In this document: positions 1 to 9,512 of the stretch, piece by piece
Layout of the letters: each line of letters opens with the position of its first letter
How positions within the stretch are numbered: position 1 is the first letter of the stretch
DNA from: Alphaproteobacteria bacterium
GTDB lineage: Bacteria; Pseudomonadota; Alphaproteobacteria; SHVZ01
Direction of reading: 5' to 3'
DNA: 59,885 bases
Assembly (NCBI GenBank): GCA_016869375.1
Contig: VGEH01000005.1
Span: 1 to 59,885 of the forward strand
Notes under the pieces: model-generated
Database searches by the model: none
What the model was told of the DNA's origin: nothing
Seen by the model: only the letters and a program-made list of their open reading frames with translations
Translations under genes and position numbers: made by a program

Positions 1-2
1 AG

Positions 3-1574
3 GATTTCCTCGACCATCACGCCCGGTTCCATCCGGTCGACGCGACCTTCATGGGCCTCGCCGGGCGCGATCACCAGCTGCCGCCGAGCGACGCGGAGGC
101 GCCGTCGCGCGAAGCCGCCGAGCTCGGCGCCCTGATCCGCCGCGCCGAGGAGGTCGAGGTCGCCGACACGGCGGGTGCACGGGTCGAGGCCAGGATGCTG
201 CGGGCGGCGCTCGCGCATGCGCGGGCGGCGCTAGATCACTGGTCGCGCTACCGGCAGCCGAGCTGGTACACGGGCGAGGTCGCCTTCGGCCTGGTCTCGC
301 TGCTGCTGCCCTCGGCGCCGGCTGCCGCCCGCGAAGCGCTGCCGGCCCGTCTCGCGGCCATTCCCAAGTTCCTGGCCGGCGCGCCGCATCACCTGGCGGG
401 TCAGCCGACGCCCGCCGACTGGGTGGAGAGGGCGCTCAAGGAAGTCGCGGCGCTCGGCCGCCTCTTCGTCCACGGCCTGCCGCGACATCCGCTGTGGCGC
501 GCCGAATGGCGGCCTACGGTGGATGCGGCCGGCGCCGCGCTTCGCCAGCTTGCGGAATCGCTGTCGCCGTCCCGCGCGGCACCGGTCGCATGCGGGCGCG
601 ACTACCTCGCCTTCCTGATGCGTGACGTGCACGGCCTCTCCTGGACGCCTGAAGAGGCCGTGGCGTTCGCCGAGGATGGCTTCGCCCGGCTCGGCGATCG
701 GCTCGCGAGCGAGGCGCAGCGCATCGATCCGACGAAGCCGTGGCAGGAGCAGCTCTCCGAGCTCTCGGCCGTTCATCCCGACCTCGACGACGTCGCGGCC
801 ACCTATCGCCGCTGGCACGAGCGTGCGCTCGAAGAGGCTGGCAAGCTGATGACGCCGGCCGCCGGGTACGGGCTCGACTTCCTGGTCCACGAGCCTTGGG
901 CACAGCCGGTGATCGGCGATCTCTACTTCCTCGCCTATCGCTCGCCGCCGGCGCTGACCGCCGGCCGCGGCAGCGTCTACTGGATCCCGGCACCGGGCGC
1001 CGATGCCGCCGCCTATCTCCGCAGCCAGGCGACCGTCACGGTCAAGCAGACCCATGCCGTGCATCACGGCTCGATCGGCCACCACACGCAGAATGCCCGC
1101 GCCCGCGAAGCACCGTCGCGGCTGGCGCGGCTCGCCGGCACCGACTGCGCCTCCGGCATCGCGTTCCTTTCATCGGGCACCATGGTCGAGGGCTGGGCCT
1201 GCTATGCGACCGAGCTGATGGCCGAGGTCGAGGGCTTCTACACGCCGGCCGAAAAGCTGGCGCTGATCCAGGCCGACAGGCGCAACGCCGCCTCGGTGCT
1301 GGCCGACATCAAGCTGCATACGGGCGCGTGGTCGCTGGAGCAGATGCGCGCCTTCTATCGCGACGAGGCCGGCTTCCCGGCCGCGCGCGTCTGGGGCGAG
1401 ACGACGCGCAACTCGCTGCTTCCCGCCACGCGCGTCATGTACTTCCTCGGCACCGAGCAGATCAAGGCGCTGCGCCGCGAGATCGGCGGCGAGCCGAAGC
1501 CGCTCTTCGACGCGCTGCTCGGCCACGGCCATGTGCCGATCGCCTGGGCCGCCGAGGAGATCCGGCGCACCTAA
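3..1574 (+). CDS. DUF885-family protein (5' end outside window)
   Basis: Track ORF 51-1574. The frame stays open back to base 3 with no stop. The HHGSIGHHTQ block resembles the PGHHxQ-type signature of DUF885 metallopeptidase-like proteins. Third codon positions are GC-rich. Confidence 0.65.
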   Translation, partial: DFLDHHARFHPVDATFMGLAGRDHQLPPSDAEAPSREAAELGALIRRAEEVEVADTAGARVEARMLRAALAHARAALDHWSRYRQPSWYTGEVAFGLVSLLLPSAPAAAREALPARLAAIPKFLAGAPHHLAGQPTPADWVERALKEVAALGRLFVHGLPRHPLWRAEWRPTVDAAGAALRQLAESLSPSRAAPVACGRDYLAFLMRDVHGLSWTPEEAVAFAEDGFARLGDRLASEAQRIDPTKPWQEQLSELSAVHPDLDDVAATYRRWHERALEEAGKLMTPAAGYGLDFLVHEPWAQPVIGDLYFLAYRSPPALTAGRGSVYWIPAPGADAAAYLRSQATVTVKQTHAVHHGSIGHHTQNARAREAPSRLARLAGTDCASGIAFLSSGTMVEGWACYATELMAEVEGFYTPAEKLALIQADRRNAASVLADIKLHTGAWSLEQMRAFYRDEAGFPAARVWGETTRNSLLPATRVMYFLGTEQIKALRREIGGEPKPLFDALLGHGHVPIAWAAEEIRRT

Positions 1575-2581
1575 GGCATCAGGCTCTCGCGCGCGACCAC
1601 ATCCGTGGCGTAATGGCAGGCGGCCCAGCGGTCGCCGCCGAGCGAGACCTTCGACGGCGCCGTCGTCTTGCAGAGATCCGTCGCCAGCGGACAGCGCGGG
1701 TGGAAGCGGCAGCCCGAGGGCAGCGACTGCACGGAGGCCGCGTCGCCGGCGAGGCGGATGCGCTTGCGCCTCGTACCCGGGCGGTGCTCGGGCACGGCGG
1801 CGACGAGCAGGCGCGTATAGGGATGGCCGCCGCGGGCGATCAGATCCTCTGTCGGCCCCTCCTCGACGATGGCGCCGAGATACATGACCGCGGTGCGGCT
1901 CGACATGTAGCGCGCCACCGCGAGGTCATGCGTGATGTAGAGATAGGCGACCTCGGTGCGGTCGCGCAGCGCCAGCATCAGGTTCATCACGCCGGATCGC
2001 ACCGAGACGTCGAGCATGCTGACCGGCTCGTCGGCGACGATCAGCTTCGGCTCCAGCACGAGCGCGCGGGCGATGGACACGCGTTGCAGCTGGCCGCCGG
2101 AAAGGTCGGCCGGGTAGCGCTCGGCGAAGCGCGCCGGCGGCAGCTCGACATGGGCGAGAGCGGCTTCTGCCCTCTCGCGTCGTTCCTGCGCATTGCCGAT
2201 GCCATGGATAGCGAGGGGCTCCGCTACCGTATTGATCACGCGATGACGCGGGTCGAGCGACTCGAACGGGTTCTGGAAAATCATCTGCACGCGCCGGCGA
2301 TAGGCTTTCAGCGCGGTGCCCGATAGACCAGCGATGTCGCCGCCGTCGAAGCGAAGAGAGCCGCCGCTCGGCTGCTCCTGGCGCGTGATGAGCTTGCCGG
2401 TCGTGGTCTTGCCCGAACCGCTCTCGCCGACGAGAGCCAGAATCTCGCCCGGCCTCAAGGTCAGGTCGATGTCGTCGACAGCGCGCAGCGTCTCTGCGCC
2501 GATACCGATCAGGCTGCTCAGCCAGCCGCGGCCGAGCGTATAGTGCTTGCTCAGATTGCGGGCTTCGACGAGGGGCGTCAT
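1571..2581 (-). CDS. Oligopeptide/dipeptide-type ABC transporter ATP-binding protein (DppF/OppF-like)
   Basis: Walker A GESGSGKTT, signature LSGGQLQR, Walker B LIVADEP, and the C-terminal Cys-rich oligopeptide-type extension. Start overlaps the upstream stop (ATGA). Confidence 0.9.
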   Translation of the reverse strand: MTPLVEARNLSKHYTLGRGWLSSLIGIGAETLRAVDDIDLTLRPGEILALVGESGSGKTTTGKLITRQEQPSGGSLRFDGGDIAGLSGTALKAYRRRVQMIFQNPFESLDPRHRVINTVAEPLAIHGIGNAQERRERAEAALAHVELPPARFAERYPADLSGGQLQRVSIARALVLEPKLIVADEPVSMLDVSVRSGVMNLMLALRDRTEVAYLYITHDLAVARYMSSRTAVMYLGAIVEEGPTEDLIARGGHPYTRLLVAAVPEHRPGTRRKRIRLAGDAASVQSLPSGCRFHPRCPLATDLCKTTAPSKVSLGGDRWAACHYATDVVARESLMP

Positions 2582-4434
2582 CGCGACGCCTCGGCGAAAT
2601 GGCAGAGGACTTCATGTCCCTCACCGGTGATGACCCGCGGCGGCACCGTCTCTCGGCAGATATCGGCCGCCATCCGGCACCGCGGCGCAAAGCGGCAGCC
2701 GGCAATCGTGCCGGTCGGGACGAAGGGTTCGCCCGGCAATGCCGAGAGCACGCGGCGCGGGCCGCTGACCGTCGGCAGCGAAGCGATCAGCGCCTGGGTG
2801 TAGGGATGGCCCGGTCGCTCGAAGATGCGTTCGACCGGCGCCAGCTCGACGATCTCGCCGGCATACATGACGGCGACGCGCTCGCAGGTCTCGGCGACGA
2901 TGCCCATGTCATGGGTGATCAGAATCAGTGCGAGGCCGAGACGACGGCGCAGCTCGTCGATCTCGCCCAGGATCTGGTCCTGGATCAGCACGTCGAGCGC
3001 TGTCGTCGGCTCGTCGGCGATAACGAGTTCCGGCTCGTGCAGCAGACTGAGCGCGATCATGACGCGCTGGCGCATGCCGCCGGACAGCTCGTGCGGATAG
3101 CTCGCCATGCGCCGGCGCGGGATGCCGATCACGTCGAACAGCTCGCCGATCCGCGCCAGCGCCGCCGTGCGGCCCGCCTCCGGCCGATGCAGCAGATAGG
3201 CCTCGACCAGCTGCTGCTGCACGGTCATCACCGGGTTGAGAGCGTTGATCGCGCTCTGGAAGATGGTCGAGAGCCGTGTCCAGCGGATGGTGCGGATCGC
3301 CTCCTGGCCGTCGATGCGGACCGGATGACCCTCGCTCAGGATCGGCCGGCCGGCGAAGACGACGTCGCCGCCGGTGATCGCGGCGTTCGGCGCCATCACC
3401 TGTAGAAGTGCAGCGCCCATGCTGCTCTTGCCGCAGCCGCTCTCGCCGACGATGCCGAGGCTGCCGCCGGCGGGCAGCGCGAAGGAGACACCGTCGACGG
3501 CGCGGATCGTCGCCGCCTCGAGGCGGTACTCCATGCGAAGGTCGCGAACCTCGAGGATCGGGGCCGCCGCTGCCTGGGGCGACGGCCGGTCTACCGGCTC
3601 GCGGCGTTTCGCGCGCAGGCTCTGGCGCTGAAGCTGCGGATTGAGCGCCTGGTTCAACCCGTCGCCGAGCAGGTTCAGCGCGGCGACCAGGATGAGCAGC
3701 GCCAGACCCGGGAAGATCGACATCCAGGGCGCGAGGCGCAGGTGCCTCTGCCCTTCGAAGATCATGCGGCCCCAGCTCGTCGCGTTCTGGTCGCCGAGGC
3801 CGAGGAAGCTCAGGCCCGCCTCGGTCAGGATCGCGAGGCCCATGAGGATCGTGCCGTCGGTGACGATGGGCGCGAGGCCGTTGGGCACGATGTGCCGCGC
3901 CAGCACCCAGGGATGCGAGGCGCCGGCGGAGAGGGCGGCCTGGACATAAGTGCGCGACTTCAGCGTCAGCACCTGCGAGCGCATGATGCGCGCCGAGCGC
4001 GGCCAGGTGGTGAGCGCGATCGCGACCATCGTGTACTGGATGCCCGAACCGAACAGCGCGACGATCAGCAGCACCAGGAAGAAGGTAGGAATCAGCAGGA
4101 AGACGTCGAAGGCACGGCTGGCGATGCCGTCGATCCAGCCGCCGAAATAGCCGGAGAGCGATCCCAGCACGATGCCGAGCAGGCTCGAGATCAGAGACGA
4201 GACGATCGCGACCATGAGTGCCAGCCGCGTTCCCCACACGAGGCGCGAGAGGATGTCGCGTCCGAAATTATCGGTGCCGAGCCAATGCGCCGCACCCGGC
4301 GGCTCATAGGGAGATGCCGCCATCGCCGTCGGGTCAGGCAGCGGCAGCCAGGGCGCGGCGAGCGCGACGGCCAGCGCGAAGACGAGAACGAGAGCGCTCA
4401 GCGCGATCGCCGGACGCCGCAGCACCTGGCGCAT
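2578..4434 (-). CDS. Fused ABC permease (DppC/OppC-like) plus ATP-binding (DppD-like) protein
   Basis: The N-terminal ~280 aa are hydrophobic permease with OppC-type N-terminus. The C-terminal half has GESGCGKSS, LSGGMRQR and VIADEPTTALD. Confidence 0.9.
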   Translation of the reverse strand: MRQVLRRPAIALSALVLVFALAVALAAPWLPLPDPTAMAASPYEPPGAAHWLGTDNFGRDILSRLVWGTRLALMVAIVSSLISSLLGIVLGSLSGYFGGWIDGIASRAFDVFLLIPTFFLVLLIVALFGSGIQYTMVAIALTTWPRSARIMRSQVLTLKSRTYVQAALSAGASHPWVLARHIVPNGLAPIVTDGTILMGLAILTEAGLSFLGLGDQNATSWGRMIFEGQRHLRLAPWMSIFPGLALLILVAALNLLGDGLNQALNPQLQRQSLRAKRREPVDRPSPQAAAAPILEVRDLRMEYRLEAATIRAVDGVSFALPAGGSLGIVGESGCGKSSMGAALLQVMAPNAAITGGDVVFAGRPILSEGHPVRIDGQEAIRTIRWTRLSTIFQSAINALNPVMTVQQQLVEAYLLHRPEAGRTAALARIGELFDVIGIPRRRMASYPHELSGGMRQRVMIALSLLHEPELVIADEPTTALDVLIQDQILGEIDELRRRLGLALILITHDMGIVAETCERVAVMYAGEIVELAPVERIFERPGHPYTQALIASLPTVSGPRRVLSALPGEPFVPTGTIAGCRFAPRCRMAADICRETVPPRVITGEGHEVLCHFAEASR

Positions 4435-5399
4435 CAGAGCGCGACCCGTGGGTCGAGCGCGGCGTAGACGAGATCGGTGACCAGCGACGCCAGCGCCACC
4501 GTCAGCGACATGACGATGAAGGCGCCCATGATCACCGGCGTGTCGCGGGCGAGGATCGCCTCATAGATCATGCGGCCGAGCCCGGGCCATGAGAACACGG
4601 TCTCGGTCAGGACGGCCCCGGTCAGCACGAGGCCGAGCTGGAGGCCGAGCACGGTCACCACCGGCAGCAGCGCGTTCCGAAGCGCGTAGTGCTGGAGCAC
4701 GGTCCGCTCAGGAAAACCGATGGCCCGCACCGTGGTGATGAAATGCTCGCCGAGCACATCGGCGACCGAGGTCCGCGCCAAGCGGACGTACTGGCCGACC
4801 GAGACGGTCATCAGGGCCGCGACGGGCAGCACCATGTGCCGGGCGATGTCGAGGACATAGCCGATACCCGAGCGCGGGCCGTCGAGGCTGGTCATGCCCA
4901 TCGCCGGCAGGATCGGGATCTCGACCGTGAAGAGCAGGATCAGCATGAGGCCGAACCAGAAGACCGGCACGCTGAAGAGCGCCACGGCGCCGAAGCTGAC
5001 GGCACTGTCGAGCGTCGAGCCGGGCCGGCGAGCGATCCAGGTGCCGACCCAGGTACCGATGGCGACCGAAAGCAGCAGGCTGGTGCCGACCAGAAGCAAA
5101 GTGGCCGGCACCTTCTCCAGGATCTCGCCGAGCACCGGCTGGCGCGAGCGGAAGGAGAGGCCGAGATCACCCGAGGCGACCTGGACGAGGTAGCGCCAGA
5201 GCTGCTCGAGGAACGGCTTGTCGAGGCCGAACTTCTCGCGCACCAGCGCGAGATAGGCGGGGTCGGCGTTCTCGCCGGCGAGCAGCAGCGAGATGTCGCC
5301 CGGAGCCAGGTGGATCAGCAGGAAGTTGAGCACGATGACGACGAGCGTCACCGGCACGAACTGCAGCACGCGCAGCAGCACGTAGCGCCGAAGGCGCAT
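4434..5399 (-). CDS. ABC transporter permease (DppB/OppB-like)
   Basis: The N-terminus MRLRRYVLLRVLQFVPVTLVV is typical of DppB-type permeases. Multiple TM segments. Stop overlaps the next start. Confidence 0.9.
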   Translation of the reverse strand: MRLRRYVLLRVLQFVPVTLVVIVLNFLLIHLAPGDISLLLAGENADPAYLALVREKFGLDKPFLEQLWRYLVQVASGDLGLSFRSRQPVLGEILEKVPATLLLVGTSLLLSVAIGTWVGTWIARRPGSTLDSAVSFGAVALFSVPVFWFGLMLILLFTVEIPILPAMGMTSLDGPRSGIGYVLDIARHMVLPVAALMTVSVGQYVRLARTSVADVLGEHFITTVRAIGFPERTVLQHYALRNALLPVVTVLGLQLGLVLTGAVLTETVFSWPGLGRMIYEAILARDTPVIMGAFIVMSLTVALASLVTDLVYAALDPRVAL

Positions 5400-5442
5400 C
5401 AGCCGATCCTACCCTGCCCCGAACGCGCCGCGCGGGCGCTTC

Positions 5443-7020
5443 TCAGCGCCCGGGCGGCTTGACCGCGTAGAAGCCGAACCAGGTGAGCGACTTGTCGAAG
5501 CCCGACTCCTCGATCATGAACCCGTCCCAGCCGGCGCGCAGCAGCGTGGTCTTCTGCTCGTTGAAAAGGTTGATGTAGGGAAGCTCGCTGACGACGATCT
5601 CCTGGATCCGGTCATAGATCTTCTTGCGCTCGGCCTTGTCGCGAGAGACCGAGGCCTTGGCCGCGATCTCGTCCAGCTCCTTGTTGGAGAAGCTCTGGAA
5701 GTTGCGGCCGCCGCCGGTGGCGAAGTGCTCGCGAAAGGCGTCCGGATCCGGTCCGTAGCGGGTGAAGTAGCAGGAGATGTCGAAGTTCTTCTCGAACTGA
5801 CGGCGGAACCAGGTCGCCTGGTCGAACTGCTCGAGCTTGGCGTTGATGCCGACCTGGCGGAGCTGCTGCACGAGCACCTCCATCATCGCCTTGCAGTCGA
5901 CGAAATTCGGCGGCGTCACCGTGACGGCGAAGCGCCATCCATCGGCCTTGCGCGGCAGGCCGGCCTCGTCGAGCAGCTTCTCGGCCTTGACCTTGTCGAA
6001 TTCCGGGAACTTGGCGCTGCGGTTGATCCACTCGCCCTGGCTCTCGACGCTGGCGTGGATCGCCGGCGTCCACAGGCCGTTGAAGGCGAGCTTGTTCATC
6101 GCGTCGCGATCGATCGCGTGCGCGATCGCCTGACGCACCTCGCGCTTGTCGAGCGGCGGGCGTGCGAGGTTCAGCTGAATGTCGCGGCTGAAATGCGAGG
6201 GCGTGAACACGACCTTGATGTTCTGGTTGCGGCGGAGCGCCGGCACTTCGGCCAGCGGCGGCGCGTAGTCGTAAGGAAGGTAGTGCAGCCGCCCGGCGTC
6301 GAACTCGGCGCGGGCGACGTTGATGTCCGCCATCGGCCGGTAGATCAGACGATCGAGCTTGGGCTTGCCGCGGAAGTAGTCGGGGTTGGCCTCGAGCTCG
6401 ACGACGCCGCCCTTCTCCCAGCGCACGAACTTTAACGGGCCGGAGCCGATCGGCGCGTTGAGATGAGGTCCGCCTTCGAAGCCGTCCTGACCTTCCCAGA
6501 GATGCTTCGGATAGATCTTGGCGGTCCAGGTCGAGACCTGCGCCAGCATCGGTACGAACCCGGTCTCCGGATCGGTGAGGTGCAGAACGACCGTGTGATC
6601 GTCCGGTACCGCGATCTCCCGCACGTTCTTGAGCACGACGAAGGACGGGTACTTCTTCCGGATGATCGTGTCGTAGGTGAACTTGACGTCATGCGCCGTC
6701 ACCGGCTTGCCGTCATGGAACTTCACGTTCTTGTGCAGCTTGAAGGTGACGGCCTTGCCGTCGGCGCTCGTCTCCCAGCTCTCGGCGAGGTCGCCATAGG
6801 CCGAGGTGCCCTTGACGATGCCCCAGTCGAGAGCGACCAAGTGGCTGTAGACGTTGCTGCCCGGCCCGAAGGCGTGTGAGTCGGAGGCCATGTTCGGGCT
6901 CAGCGTCTTCGGCTCGCCCGTCTGCGGCACCACCAGAGTCGCCGGCTGCCCCTGCGCGAAGGCCGTCCCGGCCATCGCAAACGCGCCCGCCACGGCGAGC
7001 GCTAGAATCCGTGGGTACAT
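5443..7020 (-). CDS. ABC transporter substrate-binding protein, family 5 (peptide/nickel/opine type)
   Basis: Start trimmed from the track ORF (7200) to the ATG at 7020, which has AGGAGG 6 nt upstream and gives the signal peptide MYPRILALAVAGAFAMAGTAFA. Body is family-5 SBP-like. Confidence 0.85.
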   Translation of the reverse strand: MYPRILALAVAGAFAMAGTAFAQGQPATLVVPQTGEPKTLSPNMASDSHAFGPGSNVYSHLVALDWGIVKGTSAYGDLAESWETSADGKAVTFKLHKNVKFHDGKPVTAHDVKFTYDTIIRKKYPSFVVLKNVREIAVPDDHTVVLHLTDPETGFVPMLAQVSTWTAKIYPKHLWEGQDGFEGGPHLNAPIGSGPLKFVRWEKGGVVELEANPDYFRGKPKLDRLIYRPMADINVARAEFDAGRLHYLPYDYAPPLAEVPALRRNQNIKVVFTPSHFSRDIQLNLARPPLDKREVRQAIAHAIDRDAMNKLAFNGLWTPAIHASVESQGEWINRSAKFPEFDKVKAEKLLDEAGLPRKADGWRFAVTVTPPNFVDCKAMMEVLVQQLRQVGINAKLEQFDQATWFRRQFEKNFDISCYFTRYGPDPDAFREHFATGGGRNFQSFSNKELDEIAAKASVSRDKAERKKIYDRIQEIVVSELPYINLFNEQKTTLLRAGWDGFMIEESGFDKSLTWFGFYAVKPPGR

Positions 7021-7243
7021 GAAGCCCCTCCTACCGTTGTTCCGTCTGTCTCTGGCGCGAAGGCCGGACAGTTGTCCTTCTCCGAGGTTAGCCTTCCCGC
7101 GGCTGCCCCACAATCGCCCCGCCGACGCAAAGCTCCTTGGTCCGCGAGCCGCGCAATCGGCGTGACATCGCCCGAGCGGGAGTGAGATGGTCGGCATCAA
7201 TGAAAGAGGAAACGCTCCTTAAGCTGGCGGAGGCCTTGTCCGG

Positions 7244-8509
7244 GTGAAAGCCGCCCAGCGGCCGCCGGTGCTGGCGCCGTTCCAGACCCGCAGCTTCCGC
7301 TTCCAATGGCCTGCCGACCTCGCGACCTCCTGGGCACAGGAGATGGAGGGCGTGATCCTCGGCTGGTACATCCTGGTCGAGACCGGCTCGGTCATGATGC
7401 TGACCCTGTTCGGCTCGGTGATGCTGGTCGGCACCCTCATCGCGCCGATGTTCGGCGTCGTCGGCGACCGCATCGGCCATCGCAACCTGCTCTGCCTGAT
7501 GCGGGCGACCTACTCCCTCCTCGCCTTCACGCTGATGGCGCTGATCTTCACCGAGACCGTGTCGCCGCTCTGGGTCTTCGTCATCGCCACGCTGATGGGC
7601 TCGGTCCGCTCCTCCGATCTCGTGATGCGGAACGCGATCATCGGCAACACGATCCCGACGCCGCTGATCGTCGGCGCCATGAGCATCTCGCGCACGACCG
7701 GCGATTCCGCCCGTATCGCCGGTGCGCTCGCCGGCGCCGGCGTCGTCGCGCTCCTGGGCATGGGCCCCGCCTATCTCGTCATCGCGCTGCTCTACTCGAC
7801 CAGCTTCCTCCTGACCCTCGGCGTCGCCGGCAGCGGTCCCGCCGCGCACTCGATCGGCGAGATGGCCGGCATGCCGGCGCGCTCCTCGCCCTGGCGCGAT
7901 CTCGGCGACGGGCTCGCCTATGTCTGGCGCACGCCGCACCTGCTGGCGGCGATGTACATCGCCTTTCTCGTCAACCTGACCGCCTATCCCTGGTCGAACG
8001 GCCTTCTTCCTTATGTGGCGCGAGAGGTCTATCGCATCGACCAGACGGGTCTCGGATACCTGGTCGCGAGCTTCGCGGTCGGCGCCATCATCGGCTCGAT
8101 CGGGCTCTCGACCCACGGCGCCGGCATCCGGCCGGCACGCATGATGATCGTCTTCTCCGGCATCTGGCACGCGCTGCTGTTCGTCTTCGCCTTCATCGAG
8201 ACCGAGATCGGCGGCATCGTCATGATGGCGCTCGCCGGCCTCGCCCAGAGCCTGTGCCTGGTGCCGCTCGCGGCCATGCTGGTGCGGACATCCGAGCCGC
8301 GGTTCCGCGGCCGTGTCATGGGCGTGCGCATGCTGGCGGTCTACGGGCTGCCTGTCGGCCTGATGCTGACCGGTCCCTTGATCGAGCATTTCGGCTTCAG
8401 GGCGACCGGCCTGCTCTACTCGGTGATCGGCGTCGTCGCGACGCTCGCGATCGGGCTCCACTGGCGGAAGGACGTCTGGCCCGCCGATGCGCCGGGCAAT
8501 GCGCGCTAG
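7244..8509 (+). CDS. MFS transporter
   Basis: 421 aa, about 12 hydrophobic segments, MFS-like loops. GTG start as given by the track. Divergent from the SBP gene. Confidence 0.8.
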   Translation: MKAAQRPPVLAPFQTRSFRFQWPADLATSWAQEMEGVILGWYILVETGSVMMLTLFGSVMLVGTLIAPMFGVVGDRIGHRNLLCLMRATYSLLAFTLMALIFTETVSPLWVFVIATLMGSVRSSDLVMRNAIIGNTIPTPLIVGAMSISRTTGDSARIAGALAGAGVVALLGMGPAYLVIALLYSTSFLLTLGVAGSGPAAHSIGEMAGMPARSSPWRDLGDGLAYVWRTPHLLAAMYIAFLVNLTAYPWSNGLLPYVAREVYRIDQTGLGYLVASFAVGAIIGSIGLSTHGAGIRPARMMIVFSGIWHALLFVFAFIETEIGGIVMMALAGLAQSLCLVPLAAMLVRTSEPRFRGRVMGVRMLAVYGLPVGLMLTGPLIEHFGFRATGLLYSVIGVVATLAIGLHWRKDVWPADAPGNAR

Positions 8510-8514
8510 GCAGG

Positions 8515-9411
8515 CTATGCCGGGCGGCGATTGACGAGGTAGAGCCCGGTGAAGATCAGCGCGGCGCTGGCGACCACGCCCATGCCGACGGTCTCGCCGA
8601 AGAACAGCCAGCCCCAGAACAGGCCGGAGAGCGCGACAGCGTAGGAAGCCTGGCTCACGAACACCGCGCCGACCCGGCGCAGCAGGTCGAAATAGAGAAT
8701 GTAGGAGCAGACCGACACGAACATGACGGCGATCAGCGCATACTCGCCGGGCAGCAGCGGCGGCCACGGTACATAGAGCTGGTCGAGCGCCGTAGCTGCC
8801 GGCAGGAGAAAGCTGATGGCACCGCCGAGCATGCCGGCGGCCATCAGGATCGGCGCGTTGCTGTCGGTAGGTCTGAGTTTGACGCCGATGATGTTTCCAA
8901 GCCCATAGAGAGCAGGCGTCAAGAGCGCCTGGAGCAGCCAGGGCAGCTGCTCCGGGTCGGGCAAGGCCACGCCAGGGCTCATGAGGACAACGACGCCGCT
9001 GAGCCCGATCAGGATGCCGAGCGCGCGCAGCGCCGAAAAGGCCTCGAGCCGGATCAGCACGGCGAGCGCGTAGGTCACGACCGGCGACAGGTTCACCAGC
9101 AAGGACATCAGTCCCGCCGGCATATGCGCCACGCAAAGGGCCATGTTCGCGTTCGGCAGCGCGATGCTGAAGATGCCCATCGCCAGGTAGAAGCGGATGT
9201 GCTCCCAGCCATAGCCGAGCTTCAGGCCGCGCCACGCCGCGAGCGCAAGCAGAAGCAGGCCCGCACCGGTCGATTGCCAGAGCGAATAGCTGATCGGCGG
9301 CACGCCGGCGCTGGTCGCCAGCTTGGCGAGCGACATCATCAGGCCCCACAGCGATCCGAGGCAGATGATGCCGATGACGGCGTGAAGCGGGCTGGTCGTG
9401 GAGGAGGTCAT
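8515..9411 (-). CDS. DMT-superfamily (EamA-like) transporter
   Basis: Ten hydrophobic segments in two EamA-like halves. Start moved to the ATG at 9411 (MTSSTTSPLH), but 9486 is not excluded. Confidence 0.75.
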   Translation of the reverse strand: MTSSTTSPLHAVIGIICLGSLWGLMMSLAKLATSAGVPPISYSLWQSTGAGLLLLALAAWRGLKLGYGWEHIRFYLAMGIFSIALPNANMALCVAHMPAGLMSLLVNLSPVVTYALAVLIRLEAFSALRALGILIGLSGVVVLMSPGVALPDPEQLPWLLQALLTPALYGLGNIIGVKLRPTDSNAPILMAAGMLGGAISFLLPAATALDQLYVPWPPLLPGEYALIAVMFVSVCSYILYFDLLRRVGAVFVSQASYAVALSGLFWGWLFFGETVGMGVVASAALIFTGLYLVNRRPA

Positions 9412-9512
9412 GGGCCGCCCCGAATAGCAGATATCGGCGGGGACGCCAGCAAAGACCGCGGGAGCGCGATCCCGGTTCTCTTCCATGCAGTTCCAGGCGT
9501 AGCCTCTCGCTC

